This document shows positions 27,410 through 40,967 of a DNA stretch of 64,000 nt, one piece after another. Below the pieces are notes generated by a model. It was not told where the DNA came from, made no database searches, and saw nothing but the letters and a program-made list of their open reading frames with translations. Numbering within the stretch: position 1 is the stretch's first letter; every line of letters begins with the position of its first letter. The position numbers and the translations under genes are program-made. Source of the stretch: Laetmonice hystrix (Eukaryota); assembly GCA_965235115.1 (NCBI GenBank), contig OZ249452.1:17050001-17114000 (forward strand), written 5' to 3'.

Positions 27410-30400
27410 GAAAGTGTTTGCCCCAAAACTATAGAACCGGGTTTTAGCCACTCCGGCTTCCCGGGAACCCCCTCAAACCTTTAAATACATACCAGTTAGG
27501 CACTTAATATGAGTACTAAATTCTGTCTAGCCTTGAGGTGGAGAAAACGAGATTCCTATCTCTTTCCATTCTCTATACATGGGATAGAGTTCACCGATCG
27601 CTATCATTAAAAGGTTAGTATTGGGCCTACAACTTTAAAAGACATGTGTAGGATCATTCCTTGGTGACAACAAAGACCGATAAATCCTTCTGTGTGGGCT
27701 ACATGGCATTTTACAACCCCCTTTTTCCATGAATTGTCTCTAAATTCTACGTTTTTCTTCGTGACAAGCTATTAAACGCCGCTGATGACAACTCATCACA
27801 CTAATTTATTTTTACCAGGATATTTGCAGTCTCCGTATCAATTTCTTTTTCTGATTGGGAGCCTATATCACAGGACTGCCTCTTGGCTTTGTATGACCAC
27901 GTGTGGGAGATTAAATAGGAAAGGTGTCATGAAGTCGATGTCAGAAAACCACACACGCTGCTAATAGCGGGGCCAACCTCATTGTCACGGTGACGATTCG
28001 AATCCCTCCCCCGATTATCGGACTCCTCCACTTCCGTTTCCGTTGTGACACAGCGTGACAACGAAAAAGATAGTCGTCACTTGGTTCCTGGCTCATTATG
28101 ATTGGTTAATCGGAACTAAGTCACGTGCCGACCCCTTTGATGTTTCACGTTGTAGTATTTCATTGATGAGCACAGACAATGGTCTGACGCAGGCAGTGTC
28201 TCACACGTCTGTCTACGCGCGTGAGCCTGCCAGTGACGTTTTCATACAGGTAGGCCCGCTATCTTCAAACGTTCGCTCCACAACCAACCCGTTAGCCGCA
28301 GAATCTACACACATGCGCGGCGTGCTTTTTGTAGTTTTACGTTCATTGACGAATCGCAATGACGTAAGCACGCGAGTCGGTCTGAATCCTTGCGCCTGCA
28401 CGCTAATAGGAGTCCAACGTAGGATGGCTTTTAATACCAATGCCGTCTGTACGTGAGCACATTAGAGTTCTCACCGACGGAAGAACAAGTCACACTTGGA
28501 TATTTAGTGCATGTGAGATTCGCTAACCATTTCTCTCCTGGAAGCGGGGATAGTCGACAATACGGGCGGAGGCCTATCCCACTATCGTCTGCTACTGTCA
28601 ATCGGAGTTCCGTCCCGTGCCGCGAGAGGGCGGTAGTGGTGCCCCGATCGTGGGCCGAGCGGCCGCTCAAACACGAGCAGACGGCGACGTGCTGTAAGGC
28701 TGTCGGGACGCGCGCATAGCGCTCTGTTACAATAACCCAGACGTAATGACAGCGTTCGCGTACTGTCCCGGATCTCTGAACTTCTCACACTGGATTATTC
28801 TGTGAGAAAGTTGTCCTTGAATTCCCTCCGGATTACTGGGCGCTGCTAGGGGGTGGCCAAACTGTGGCTTCGTCTCGCAGTGGTGGGACAAGCGACCCCC
28901 AAGACTGGTACGCAAGCCCCCACCTCGACACCCCTACAACGGAGAGCAAGCACGTGGAGACGTCAACAATCTCAGGAGTCACTGAAGGCAAGTACCTCAG
29001 AAAACATACCAGAAAACACCATTTTGTGAATCAAGCATCTTACCTCCCACTTTTAATGCTATAGCGAACTTTGCGGTGATCTTAGAAGGCTGGTTTCAAA
29101 ACATCAGAGAAATGTTAGTGTAGACAGTCGGAAAACGGTCCCATATGAATTGTTTGTTCGAGTCCAGCAGCCCGATACCTGGCAGTGTGTGAGAGTGTAA
29201 AGTTTCCTGATGAATGTTACCGTAAGTATAATCATTATAGTCAGGTAGACGGCGACTGAATCGGTAGAGTGTAGCATTACTTTGACGTTTGTCGTCTGCT
29301 CGTGTCGTTTCCCGCCCATTTCTCACAGAGCAATGTGGAGCTGAAGGCGGTTAAGCACGTGTTACGAAGCACCTTGCTTGACAACGCAACTGATTGCTCT
29401 GTTTACCACCTTCACACACAGGATCCAGGATTTTGGTCAGGGGTTAGCAAAATTGAGAACAAAAACAAAAAAAGGGATCAAAGCAGGTTGAAATCGGGTA
29501 GCTTTTGGAAGAAATGTTCCCAAAACGCGAGTTGTCGGTTCAATGATTAAGATGGTAGAGGTCCAATGTTTTCATTCCATAAAGCCTACCTGATACAGGG
29601 ATATGATTGACCCCCCCCCCCCCTTTACGAAACACCTCAGGTTCCTAGGAATCGCGGTGTAATTGGATTAACATTGCTGCATGATTCACCAAACTCGAAA
29701 ATAACTTGTCATATCCTTGCGAATTGCTATAACTTCCAACAATTGTTGAAACAGGATCTGGTCTAGAAATGTTGGTCTATAACTTCATTTTACGTTAAGG
29801 TATGAGTTCTTAGCCAGGTGGAGATATCTATGTCAAACAAAAGGTGACATCCATACCTCCTATTCTACCATACGAGTTAGTGGTTAATGGTTTAATAAGT
29901 CCAGGCAAAACCTCAGGTTTAATGTCGCTTTTTTCCTCTGAATAAATCGATTACGTTAGCATTTTGATCACGCACTGACAGAAAAATTGCTAAGACATTT
30001 TAAAAATGATGACGGCACCATTTTAAACCGTCCATTAGATCCTAATATTTACTCAGCATTTTATTTATTTTTTTCTTCCCATTTGGTGGAAACTTGCAGG
30101 GTCAGAATCTACGCAAACCTAAATTCTAAAAGAATAGTTTATGTGAGAAAGAGCAGTCTTCCCGCCAATCTTATATTATTAAAAACTTAACCAGCTGACA
30201 TTTTTAAAGAAAATGCTGTGATTGAGATCGAAATGTCATCTACAAATCACATAATACTTTATAACTATTTGTCAGTAACTAAAGGTAGAAAGTCTGTTTA
30301 AATTGTGGTTAGGTCATAAAACGTTGTGTTTTGATCGTAGTACCTTGCTAACAGCTGAACAGTTTTATATTCTACAGATAGCCAGACAGTATCTCCATCA

Positions 30401-30941
30401 TTTACTCTGTCAGACCATTTACTACAGCCACATTGTCTCGGCTCAAACAGGATAGGCCTAGGCCCTCTCTCAAAGCAAGTGACGTTCAAGACTCATTATA
30501 TGATATTTTATTAAAATTGGAAATATTTCTTTCAATATGAATTCAACTTATAAAGAGTTGAATTCATATTAGGCAGGGGTGGCTTGATTAATCTAGACTG
30601 AGGTAAAACATTATCAAAAGGTGGCATGATACTAGTGTCGCCCTCTATCGAATCACTCTTAGATTATCCACAAAACACTTGTTTATAACCCCCATTATAA
30701 CCCTCTTTTAACCCACCCCATTAGGGAATACCCCCCCCCCCCCTGCACACGTAGGCCTACGTAACATAACATTCTGGGAATGCAGATTTAATTTAGAACT
30801 ACTCCTACACCATCCCCCCTGCTCGCGTCACTGGCGCCTAAAGACGCTCGATTTAGTGAGGTTTCCTGACTCCATAACCACGGCGATAGCAGGAACGCGG
30901 GACCCCCCCCCCCCCCCCCTCCCTATTGTGTCGTCACGAGT

Positions 30942-31405
30942 CTAAAAATAGATCCATACGGTCCGCTTGGCTGGCTGATAACCAGGGGAGGGGGTTCCAC
31001 ATCGGGTCTGCTGCTATCGTGACGCCAGCGCTCTTTCAAGTGGCGCTTATAATACTAGATAATGGCGCTTCTATTTTGGCTCCAAGCACCCACGTTAATA
31101 GCAGGTATCGGTGAGGCTGGCGCTAGTCGGAGATAGCTGTAGGCCGCCAGCCGCTATGTCGAAATCCCCGCTGCGATTATAGCCAGGCAATGACGTAAGA
31201 CCTCATGTAATGACGTCATCGGGAACTCCCGGCTTCCCCGACCTCGATTGCGAGCCGGTGGCGTGGTTTCCCGACGCGCTATGGCGTCAGTGCCACAGGC
31301 GTCGGTCCGGACGTCCGTACCCGTGAACTGATGTCATCGGCGTCTCGCAGCGCCCTCTGTTGGCCAGGAGGCTAAAGATAGCCGACCCAAACGTGTCATT
31401 TCAGT
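30942..31405 (+). promoter_or_regulatory. Candidate distal NR4A promoter: MEF2 site, CRE cluster, TATA-like box and Inr
   Basis: CTAAAAATAG 30942-30951; TGACGTAA 31191; TGACGTCA 31211; TGGCGTCA 31282; TGATGTCA 31329; TAAAGATA 31373 about 30 nt before TCAGT 31401; CpG-rich. Confidence 0.55.
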
Positions 31406-34400
31406 GTGGCAGAGCGTTTGGATTGTCACCAGCCGTAGGCCTACTTTCGTCTAGAGTTTGGCGTGGGCTGAGGGTTTCTTTGGGCAATGGATATAGAGAA
31501 TGTCAGCTGCTAGCCTACACTTACGTAGGCCCACAGGTTCCGATGACTGAACAGATCGACTTGGCGCCAAACGGGGAGGGGCGAGCAGGGCTATACAGAT
31601 CCCAAGAATGAAATCTATTCGTCAAAGATCGAGGCTAGAATCAAGGCTAACCCCCTATTAGGCCTATGTAGGGTAATTGTTATGTGTAACCTATGGGGGT
31701 CGATATGTTTACTTACTTTATTTATTAATTAATTGATTGATTGATTGACTGAGTGATTTTGATCTACATTATAGGCTAGTAGCCGTTTGATTTACTTGAC
31801 CTAATTAAAACTAGGCCTAAATGCTCACTCCTCAGGCAGTTGATTTAGATCTAACTTATTCATTTAGAAGTAGGCCTAGGCCTAAATGCTAGGTGCATCT
31901 AGGCCTAGGCCTAGATGGCATTAATAAATAAAATTATTACATCTACACTCGTTTATATCAAACCCTTAAAACAAATCAACAATTGTTTAATTATTGTAAA
32001 TAATTAACAACGATGCTTGAAAGGGCAAAGTAGGCTACCTGTTTTCTGACAAGCAGGTGCCCCCTATAGGTTAATAGAATTGATCAAATTGTGTTCCTAA
32101 TGACTGCCTGAATGTTCACGTCTAAGATGACTCCAGCCGTAGCAATGTTTGACTGCGTACAACCCGGACCAACCAGGGGGTTGTCTTACTAAGGTCTGGT
32201 TATTAACGATAGCCTACCAGGCCGTGATGGCCTCGCAGACTGTTATGCATTCCTATTAAAGTTAACGGTATTGTTGGTATCCAGACCTTAGCAAGACAAA
32301 CCCCTGAGCCGTTAGTATGAAGTCCCACGCCACTATAGAGTCGGGAGGACGAACGAGGCCTGATAGTGAAACACCAGCAGTGTGTGGGCCTAACGTTGGA
32401 TCCCCACTGCTAGCCAGGGATTAAAAACATACTCGACCCAGAGCTCATTTCTAGTGTACGGGCTTCCCATGGTAACCTGTTTAGTGGGGCGCCAATACTG
32501 CAGCGCACCATGATGAATGGTTTAGTGTAAATAGGCACCTTACCCCCCCCCCCCCCCCCCCGGCCGCCACACTCCAGCCCTCGCTGGGCTCATTGCTAGT
32601 TTTTATGCTTGACACCAGGTCGCGCTGTAGCTGTCAATATGGGATATTTTAGTACGTTAACAAATCACGAGGTGGCGCTGGGGAGCGTGTATTCTCCACA
32701 GGTAGTTTGCGTGGGAGGGAGCTTGCTGCCATGGTTACAACATGGATGAAAGTGGGGATCAAGAGATTGTAGAGAAAGTAGACGCAGTCATAACTTCGTT
32801 CAGGTGATAACTATACATATACTGTATACAACCCGTGTTAGTAGTTCAATGTTATTTTATGGAGTTTTAATAGGCGTAGCCACTGCTGGCGAGTAGGCCT
32901 AGGCCCATATCAAGCCCGTGTCTTTCATCGACCGCCAGGGGAGGGTATGGCAGGGGAGGGGGAGGTCGGATAATGTCGGGAAAGTCCGGAAAATCGCAGT
33001 CGGCCAATGGATTTCCAATGGAGAGTGCCATCAGAGTTCTAGATTATTACTTTAATTGATAATAACATCCTACAACCACTGATGGCATTAATACAAGACT
33101 GTGGGACTGGAGGAAAGTTAAGATTTTTTAACACCTCCAAATTAAGCATAATAATGTTCACAATTTAAGGGGATTTCGCCCCCTGCCCCTGCCCCCCCCC
33201 CCCCCCCATATATACGGCAGTATAACAGATACAGGTAACAGCCTAGCCGGTGATGTCTATAAATAGCAGCGTTCTACGTGTTTGTTCAACTCTCGGACGC
33301 TGGACGCGTTGTTTATATGCCACTTTTCACCGCCAGGGGGCAGGCCGAGCTGTCCGAGTGGTCGCGCTCTAACAACAAAGGTTGAGTGAGTAGTATGTCC
33401 GGGAGGTCCCGAGAGAAAACAGTTATCGTCTGCAAGGGATGGGGTAGAAATTAAACCCACTCTCCCAGTAGCTCATAATTAACACCCCTGGTTTGCCAGA
33501 GTGGGACAAAGTGGCCATGTGATGGCTCAAAAACGGTCAAGCCATCGTATATTTTTTGAGGATTATTCAGATTCAGATTTTCAGATTTCAGTTCTTATTT
33601 TTTTTAAGGATTGATGAAGATAATGCCAACGTAATGCCATATCAAAGGTCATGAAAATCATTCAGTGGGTCAGCTTTAAGTCCAAAATATATGGTTAAAA
33701 TTGACAACAGTTGAGAGTCATCCTAATATATCCTATACACAACTTAACAGGAGGAATACTAGACAATGGCAAACTACCTCAGTTGCATGAACTCAGCCCA
33801 TATGATTTCTTGTCACTTTCAGTTTTGTTTCATGACTGTATAGGGTTGAAACAGTTTGTATCGGCGACAGTAGTAACAACCTCGCCCCCCCCCCTACTCT
33901 GCTCACCTCCAAACCCCAGCAGTTCTTTAGTTGCCCCGTGCAGACACCCTGTCTCCTGTCTCCCCCCCCCCCCACCCCACCCCCACCCCCACCGCCGCCT
34001 GGTGTTGTCATTTTATACCTGCGTGTATGGGAAGCCGAGTACCGCCCGGCCCCGCGCCGTTAAATGTTACCTCCCCCGGGGGAAGGCGGGGCCGGAGCGG
34101 TTGAAATGTCACGGCTCCAGCGTGCCTGCCCTCGGCGGCCTGTGGAGGGGGAGCCACCACCGGGCTGGCCTGCTTATACCGGGTCCCCGCCCCACCTCTC
34201 CCGGCTATACCACAACCCCTCCTTCCTCTCCCCCGACCCACACATCAACCAGCAGGTCGATACCTCCAAGTCTTCGCAACTTAAACTAAATAAAAATACA
34301 CCACGCAACACATGATCAGTTCAAATGTCATGTAATATTCACGTAACATTTTAACTCACACGCACACACATACCTACACGTGCGTATTACGCGTGTATAC

Positions 34401-36147
34401 TTGTACCGATACCATACCAGACATGTCGTGTGATGAAAGTTAAACGGTGTTGTATTCGAGAGCCAGGAGCGTTAAGAATGAACGTGTCTCGTTGACCTAT
34501 ACTAATCTACCTATATCAACTTTAGTGGATTCCATTTGATCTTAGATATTGTAAGAAGTTACACGCGAACGAGTTCTACATACCGGATAAATTTCAATCT
34601 CCCCGGCACGAAGCACTCAATATTTCTTTAGTTCAATCACACAAGTTGAATGTAAGAATTGACGTTTATTAATTAATCTAATTATGAGAGATTTTGTTGT
34701 TGTTGTAAGGTGACGCGGCATTCATTAAGTACCTGCCGCATTGTAAACTTTTCGTATACTACTCACGATGTCATCAATGTCAAGTTTTGTCCTCAACTTT
34801 GATGTGTGATCGTAACACTAACAGCAGAATGATTGCTTACACGCGTGTAATTATTAGTTAAGTAATGACCTACTCATTGATATCAACATCATCTAACATG
34901 AAGGACCGTATACCACGAGTGACGACAAGCTGCGATGGGCCGGCCATTTGTTGACATCGCCTCGTCCATTTATTTCCCGGCTGCTTGTTTTCGTTTGACG
35001 TCAGTATTTTCGATGGTGTAAAGAAAATATTGTTTGAAGAGTCGCTGCATCTGGCTGATTAATCCGCTCTTATCAGTGACAACATCTGGACTGCCCCCCT
35101 CGCCATCACCCCCACCCCTAGTATAACCGGCCGGTGGTAGGAGTGGGAAGGTATTGGTGGGTGGTTGCCCTATACGGTATCCCCGGCAGTTAGCGTCCGT
35201 CACCCTGACCTCTAAATGCCACACTCCACCACGGATCAGATAAAATGAATACAACATTGAAAGGCATACAACCATCATAAAGACATTGCCACCCTACCTT
35301 GGTTCCCATGGGTCGGAGAATAAATGAAATACTCGGCTAATTAGGAGGTTGGAATTTACATACGTGTTGGCGGAACCTTTCGGTGATCGCCTGGAGGGAG
35401 AGCGAGAGGTCCCGAACGAAAATACCAGAATAATGTCAAGCTGGTATTTGAGCTCGGGAATTTTTCGTTATTTCTACGAATGTCAGAGGTCAGGGAACCA
35501 ATGATGAAATTTACAATAAAACGAGATAGCTGGTGGGTACCTGGTGGATACGACGGCAGGTGGTTGGAGGGGATGGATGTGTGGCGGACCGGGCGAGTGA
35601 GGCCGGGGCGCCGGGAGAGAGAGACCATGCGTGCCGGTGTCCGGGCCGGGCCGGGCCGGTGTCCGGGCCGGGCGGGAGACCCGGGCGGGGTGACCGGGAG
35701 GGACCGCCGGGTGCCCGGCCCAGGACATGCCGGTGGTCTCACCCTAACGGAGACACCCCTGCTGTACAATAGGATCAAACCCGCCCGTGTTCACCCCAGC
35801 AAGGGGTACTATATCACAGGAGATTTAACAGAGATCACTGCGCCACAAGTATAGTATACTCATAAACGAAAGCATAAGAAGGGAAACTATCATCGACTTA
35901 TCGGCCTGTGGGTTGTGTTAGCATCATGACAGATCTACCGTGTGTGGCAGGGATCTCACGGAAACAAATCGACGGACACAGAAAGACGAACATCGAGTCA
36001 CAAACTCAGGAAACGTTGATGATCAGGTTGAGTGTCAGAGAGAAGTTTGAGTTTGTACCAGGTTATAAAAACAGGAGAAACACCAGCAGATGGAATATAC
36101 AGGGACCGCGGCTTGGCCCGCCAACCCGCCAACAGAGGGCGCTTTAC

Positions 36148-36450
36148 CGCCCGCCCTGACACCGGCCCCGACACCGGCCCTGACACCGGCCGACACCGGC
36201 CCCGACACCGGCCCCGACACCGGCCCCGACACCGGCCCCGACACCGGCCCCGACACCGGCCCCGACACCGGCCCCGACACCGGCCGACACCGGGAGCGAC
36301 GCCGGGACCGACACCGGCCCCGACACCGGCCGACACCGGCCCCGATACCGGCCGACACCGGCCCCGACACCGGCCGACACCGGGACCGACACCGGCCCCG
36401 ACACCGGCCCCGACACCGGCCGACACCGGGAGCGACGCCGGGACCGACGC
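36148..36450. repeat. GC-rich 12-nt minisatellite (GACACCGGCCCC)n with variants
   Basis: Direct reading. Confidence 0.95.
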
Positions 36451-39400
36451 CAAGAGCGGCGGCTGTATGCCGACGGGGGGCGGCCGGGGGCGGCATATAT
36501 ACCGGTCGATGGTCACTCTGCATGGCCCCTCCCCACTCGACCACAGCCAATCAATCCCCCTAAACACTAAACTAATACAAACATCATATTTAGCACATGC
36601 CAGGCAATGACGCTGATGTTGAATGAACCCCGGATCAGTCAAGACGCGGGAACGCTTTGTCAGTTAACATCCTGCCAATTTAACACGGAAACTTTATAAT
36701 AATCGCCATGCACATCAGACAACTCTAGATTAAGGATGATCTGTGCTGATGATCTGGCGGCATGACCAGCAGACGTGCGCCCCCTGGACGGCTATACCAG
36801 GCACAGCGGGCGCAGGGCACAGACACCCGGCGCCTGCCCCCTTCACGGCTCGGTAGACTGGTTATGTATTATTGATAGCGATCGTGGAGCAGAACGTTCT
36901 GTATCCCCATACATCACGTGTTCCCATCCTATCCCTCCATCTAAACTCACTCCGAAATGTCAACCCGTCCCTCACGTGCATGCACGTGCGTGCGGCTGGG
37001 ACGCTGACAACACAGCGTCTCCATCCCGTCACATCCGGGCATCGTACACACGAGCGTTCCGGTGCAGGACATCAAAAATTCCGTGACGTGAGAATATCAA
37101 AGTTCGCACATATGTATTAATATATAAAAACCTGACCACGAAGGCACTTGCTAACTCCTATGGCCAGAACTTGAAAAATGGCAAGATTCTAGGCCCTACT
37201 TAAATATATATTATGTAACCCGGTAAATGATTGTCTATATAATACACCCGAGTCGGCGTTTATATTGGCCAGGACGTGGGTTAGTGGTTGGAATGACGGC
37301 ATATCTTCACATCGAATAATGTGCACTGATCGAAGACAGGGTGGATTTACCCAAAGACTGTGGACCGTATACACTGAGGAAGTGATTTGCTCCAAGGATC
37401 AAGTAATTCGTGCGATAATCCGCTGGGATTACCCCCCACTCTGGTATAAACCGCACGTCTCGTCAACTTGACATTCACTGACATTTGGCGGGAAAGAGCA
37501 GACGACTTTTGCATCGCTCGAGACCAGAATGAAGAAACTCACGTCGGAATTTCCCCTGACAGGTTTGTCAAATATTATGTTTCGCAAGAAAGGTCTCGGA
37601 ACCCTTAAATGTATTCACAAATACTTGGAATATCAAGGACACGAGTAGTGATATATATTGCATTGTTATTCTTTGAATGTATAGGGCTACGTATAGGTCT
37701 ACTTCCATCTTGACATTTTCATTGAGTCGAACATTACATTATGTTTATTTCAATACATCGAGGTATACAATTAGTGATAATAGGGAGAAAACTTAGGTAA
37801 ACGGACATCTTAGAGGATGAATGCGCGATGGGGGTTTTTGTTGCTTTTGTCCGAACGAGATCAGAAAGTTCCAAACTCAAAAAAATACCGCGAGTATATA
37901 TATACTGACAAAATGTGAAAGGTCTGCTGTCTTTGATGACGTGCGCCAAAAGAATACGTAACAATTAAAGTTGTCGTTTGTTCTCGTTGTCGTGAGGAGG
38001 TGTGTGCGGGATACAACCCTTGAAAGAGACAGCCTGTGAATACGACTGTGGGAGTCGCCAAATATTGTGACTACCTCATCGACTGAAGTATCATTGATGG
38101 ATTGTTTTCTCCTTCATTGTGTCGTGAAGAGACGCTTCAATAGCGTTCCTACTGTGCACGTATACTTGTATGCAACGCAAACCATATAAGCGTCATCGCA
38201 ATGTAGCGTCGGCCCCGTTTGACATCGTTTTGTGCCGTATTATATAGTTCATGGCCATCACCTTTTGAATCGCCTATTCTTCCCGACAATCGGGCTAACT
38301 TCCACGACTGCTTTCTGCTATAGCAACATTTGGGAAATAGTTGTGTGAAGATACATGTAACAATTCTGAACAAAACACACCGTTTCTATTGTTCTCGTCA
38401 AAAGGTGCGACTGACCCAGACAATAATCGGGATAGGTTAAACCGCTGACCACGAGAACCGAGAACGACTTGTGAAATGTATGGGTTCTGTTTCCGAAGAG
38501 AAACGTATGAAAAGAACATGGCAAGTTTAGACAGAAACGTGATAGATGAAGACATTTCACGCGAATCGAGTTTTGCTTAATTTCTCTGAAACGCTGCTTG
38601 AGTTTAGATTCGAAGCGTTAGTCTAGATGTATAAGGAGAGGTGACAATTCACCCTATCATATGGATTTATATTTTATGGTCTTTGAAACCAAAAATATAT
38701 AGAGAAAGATCTTAGGTCCCATTGTATTTTATATTCAAACTGCATTGTTTAATTTGGGCCTGTCTGAACGACTTTATCAAATTACACGCAAGAAGAAAAT
38801 GTCAGCAGGGACGCATTATATCTACGGCAATATAATATATGCCGTGTGATGATAATCTATAAATGCCCTTGAGCAGTACTCGTTTAAGTAACTCTTTATT
38901 TGTGTATTAATTTCATACTCAACCTCCTGAACTGCGATAATGTGTCATTATAGATATTGTCACCACTAATAGTTACCTCCAGCCGCTGTGGCTGGGATTA
39001 ATGTTGGCACTATAACCACGATGAGTACCACAAATTACTAGAATTACCGTCGACATGACAACTTGAGGGTCGCTTACTCGGAACGGTTCCCGTGCGCAGC
39101 CGCGCGTGCACGCGTGTGCTGACAGACACGTGCATGGGTTGTGGGATGCGTACGCCGTGCATGCATGTCTCTACAGACGGACCATCCGGTGGTGTGGAGG
39201 ACAACTCACACACGCACTGTGCGTGAGTTATACTCACCGACCGTTACCTGCACGTATCGCACGTGTAGTGCACGACGGGAGCATGCTTCAACTTCAGGGT
39301 AGCGCGTTCGGTGGACACGAATACTGCATACAACACTTGCACTTTACAGGTAGAGTACCACAAACATCGCATAATTATAACTAACTATTCAATCATGAAG

Positions 39401-39880
39401 TACTTGACTACTAAAACAGATGACTGAAATCATCACATGTGGACTGTGATGTGGGCGACACTGACAGACAAATAGAAAGGTCGGATATATAACTTATATT
39501 ATATCAGATCTTTTCAAAAGCAGTCAACACACTCGGCTGTTTACGGTCTATCCGATGGAGAATTCGTATTTTTGTAAAACAGTTCTTTCAGTTTCCGATA
39601 AGTCAGTTCGCAACTATTTATTGACAACTTGCAAAAAGTTGTCGCTGTTTACGGCATCTGAATCATTTCCATACACTGCGCGCGTGGCCCGTCTTATATT
39701 TTGTAGTTTTCTTGTGGCGGAAAGTACTTGAGTTAGCTTGTGACCTTTCTACAGAGAAAATACGCAAATAATTGCGCGTTGCGGCCACGACCGATTTGGA
39801 AACGTCACGTCGAATTTCGCGCGCCAAGCCTCGATGTGGGTCAGCGTTCGGAGGCAGGCAGACGAATTGTGGCGTTCTCG

Positions 39881-39944
39881 ATGGATATCTTATGGCGCAG
39901 TGAGTTTGATGTCTCAGATCAGACCATCACAACCACCGTACCAG
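39881..39944 (+). CDS. NR4A: NR4A candidate upstream coding exon (MDILWRSEFDVSDQTITTTVP, phase-1 donor)
   Basis: ATG at 39881, 64 nt to CAG|GTAGAT. Phase 1 matches the acceptor at 40588 (G+CA = Ala). Candidate acceptor TGACCTTTCTACAG ending 39754 would make a 39755-39944 exon. Confidence 0.55.
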
Positions 39945-40587
39945 GTAGATCGTTTATGCCTACCGTCCCGTGTATGTGGCAGACACACTGCATGCGCCCC
40001 CTCCACCACAATCTCAGAGAGTACCCTTGGCATAGTTGCCACTTACAAGGGGCGTGCCCCCAGCGGCGGACAACTCGCATCTTGCTGTTCACGAGACACA
40101 ACACCACAAGACGTAATATTATGGCCTATATTGGTGTATGCTAATTATTCAACCTTACGTAATAGCAAGACGGCGAGTTATTGGTGGAAGACCTGACGAA
40201 AACTATACCCACCTTACAACAAGAACCGTGGAACACTGATCCACTGCGGACCCTCCTACCCCTCGGAAACCTAGAGGGAATAAAGCATCTACATTTTGTA
40301 ACCATAAACACAGACGCCGTCAAATACATACAAAGAGCCAACCACAGGGCTTGTTTACCCTCAGCGCTCTCAGTGTAGGCCTATAATAATTGTTATTGGC
40401 CGCCGACTTTGTAAGATCTATAAACTCCAGGTATCCATGGCTTTATTTTCAGGACTAGTTAAATCTGTATATCTTTACATTTTACATGAAGTTTGATCAA
40501 CTAGAGGAGAGATTGGACAACGCGTCGCCAGGCCTGACTTGGATGTGTTTCAGATTATAACATGCTGGATGTTTGGTATATTTACAG

Positions 40588-40967
40588 CAATATCCCCTAC
40601 GTTACCACCACCCTCACCGGTCGGCGTTCCTTCCCCTGCCGAGTCTCGACCCGAACCACCTCATACTCCGCAACAACTTCTACAACAACACCAACAACAA
40701 CCAGCTCCGACACCTTCAACACAACCGCAAGAACTTGACCCGATTCATCGGCAACAACACCATCACCATCCGCATCATCATCAACAACAACAACAACATC
40801 AGCAGCAGCAGCAACAGGTGCGTCAGCACCCTCAACAACACTTAGGTTACTTCCCACCGTCACCGGTGACGTCACCACACACAACCGTGACGTCACCACA
40901 GGCATCGGGGACGTCATCACCATCTTCGCCAATCACGAACAGCACAATGCTGGTACTACAGGCCCAG
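40588..40967 (+). CDS. NR4A: NR4A N-terminal exon: Pro/His/Gln-rich extension ending in MLVLQAQ
   Basis: Acceptor TTTACAG|, open frame with poly-Q/H, ends ATG CTG GTA CTA CAG GCC CAG|GTACGT (phase 0, in frame with 47781). MLVLQAQ resembles the NR4A N-terminus (vertebrate MPCVQAQ), from recall. Confidence 0.7.
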
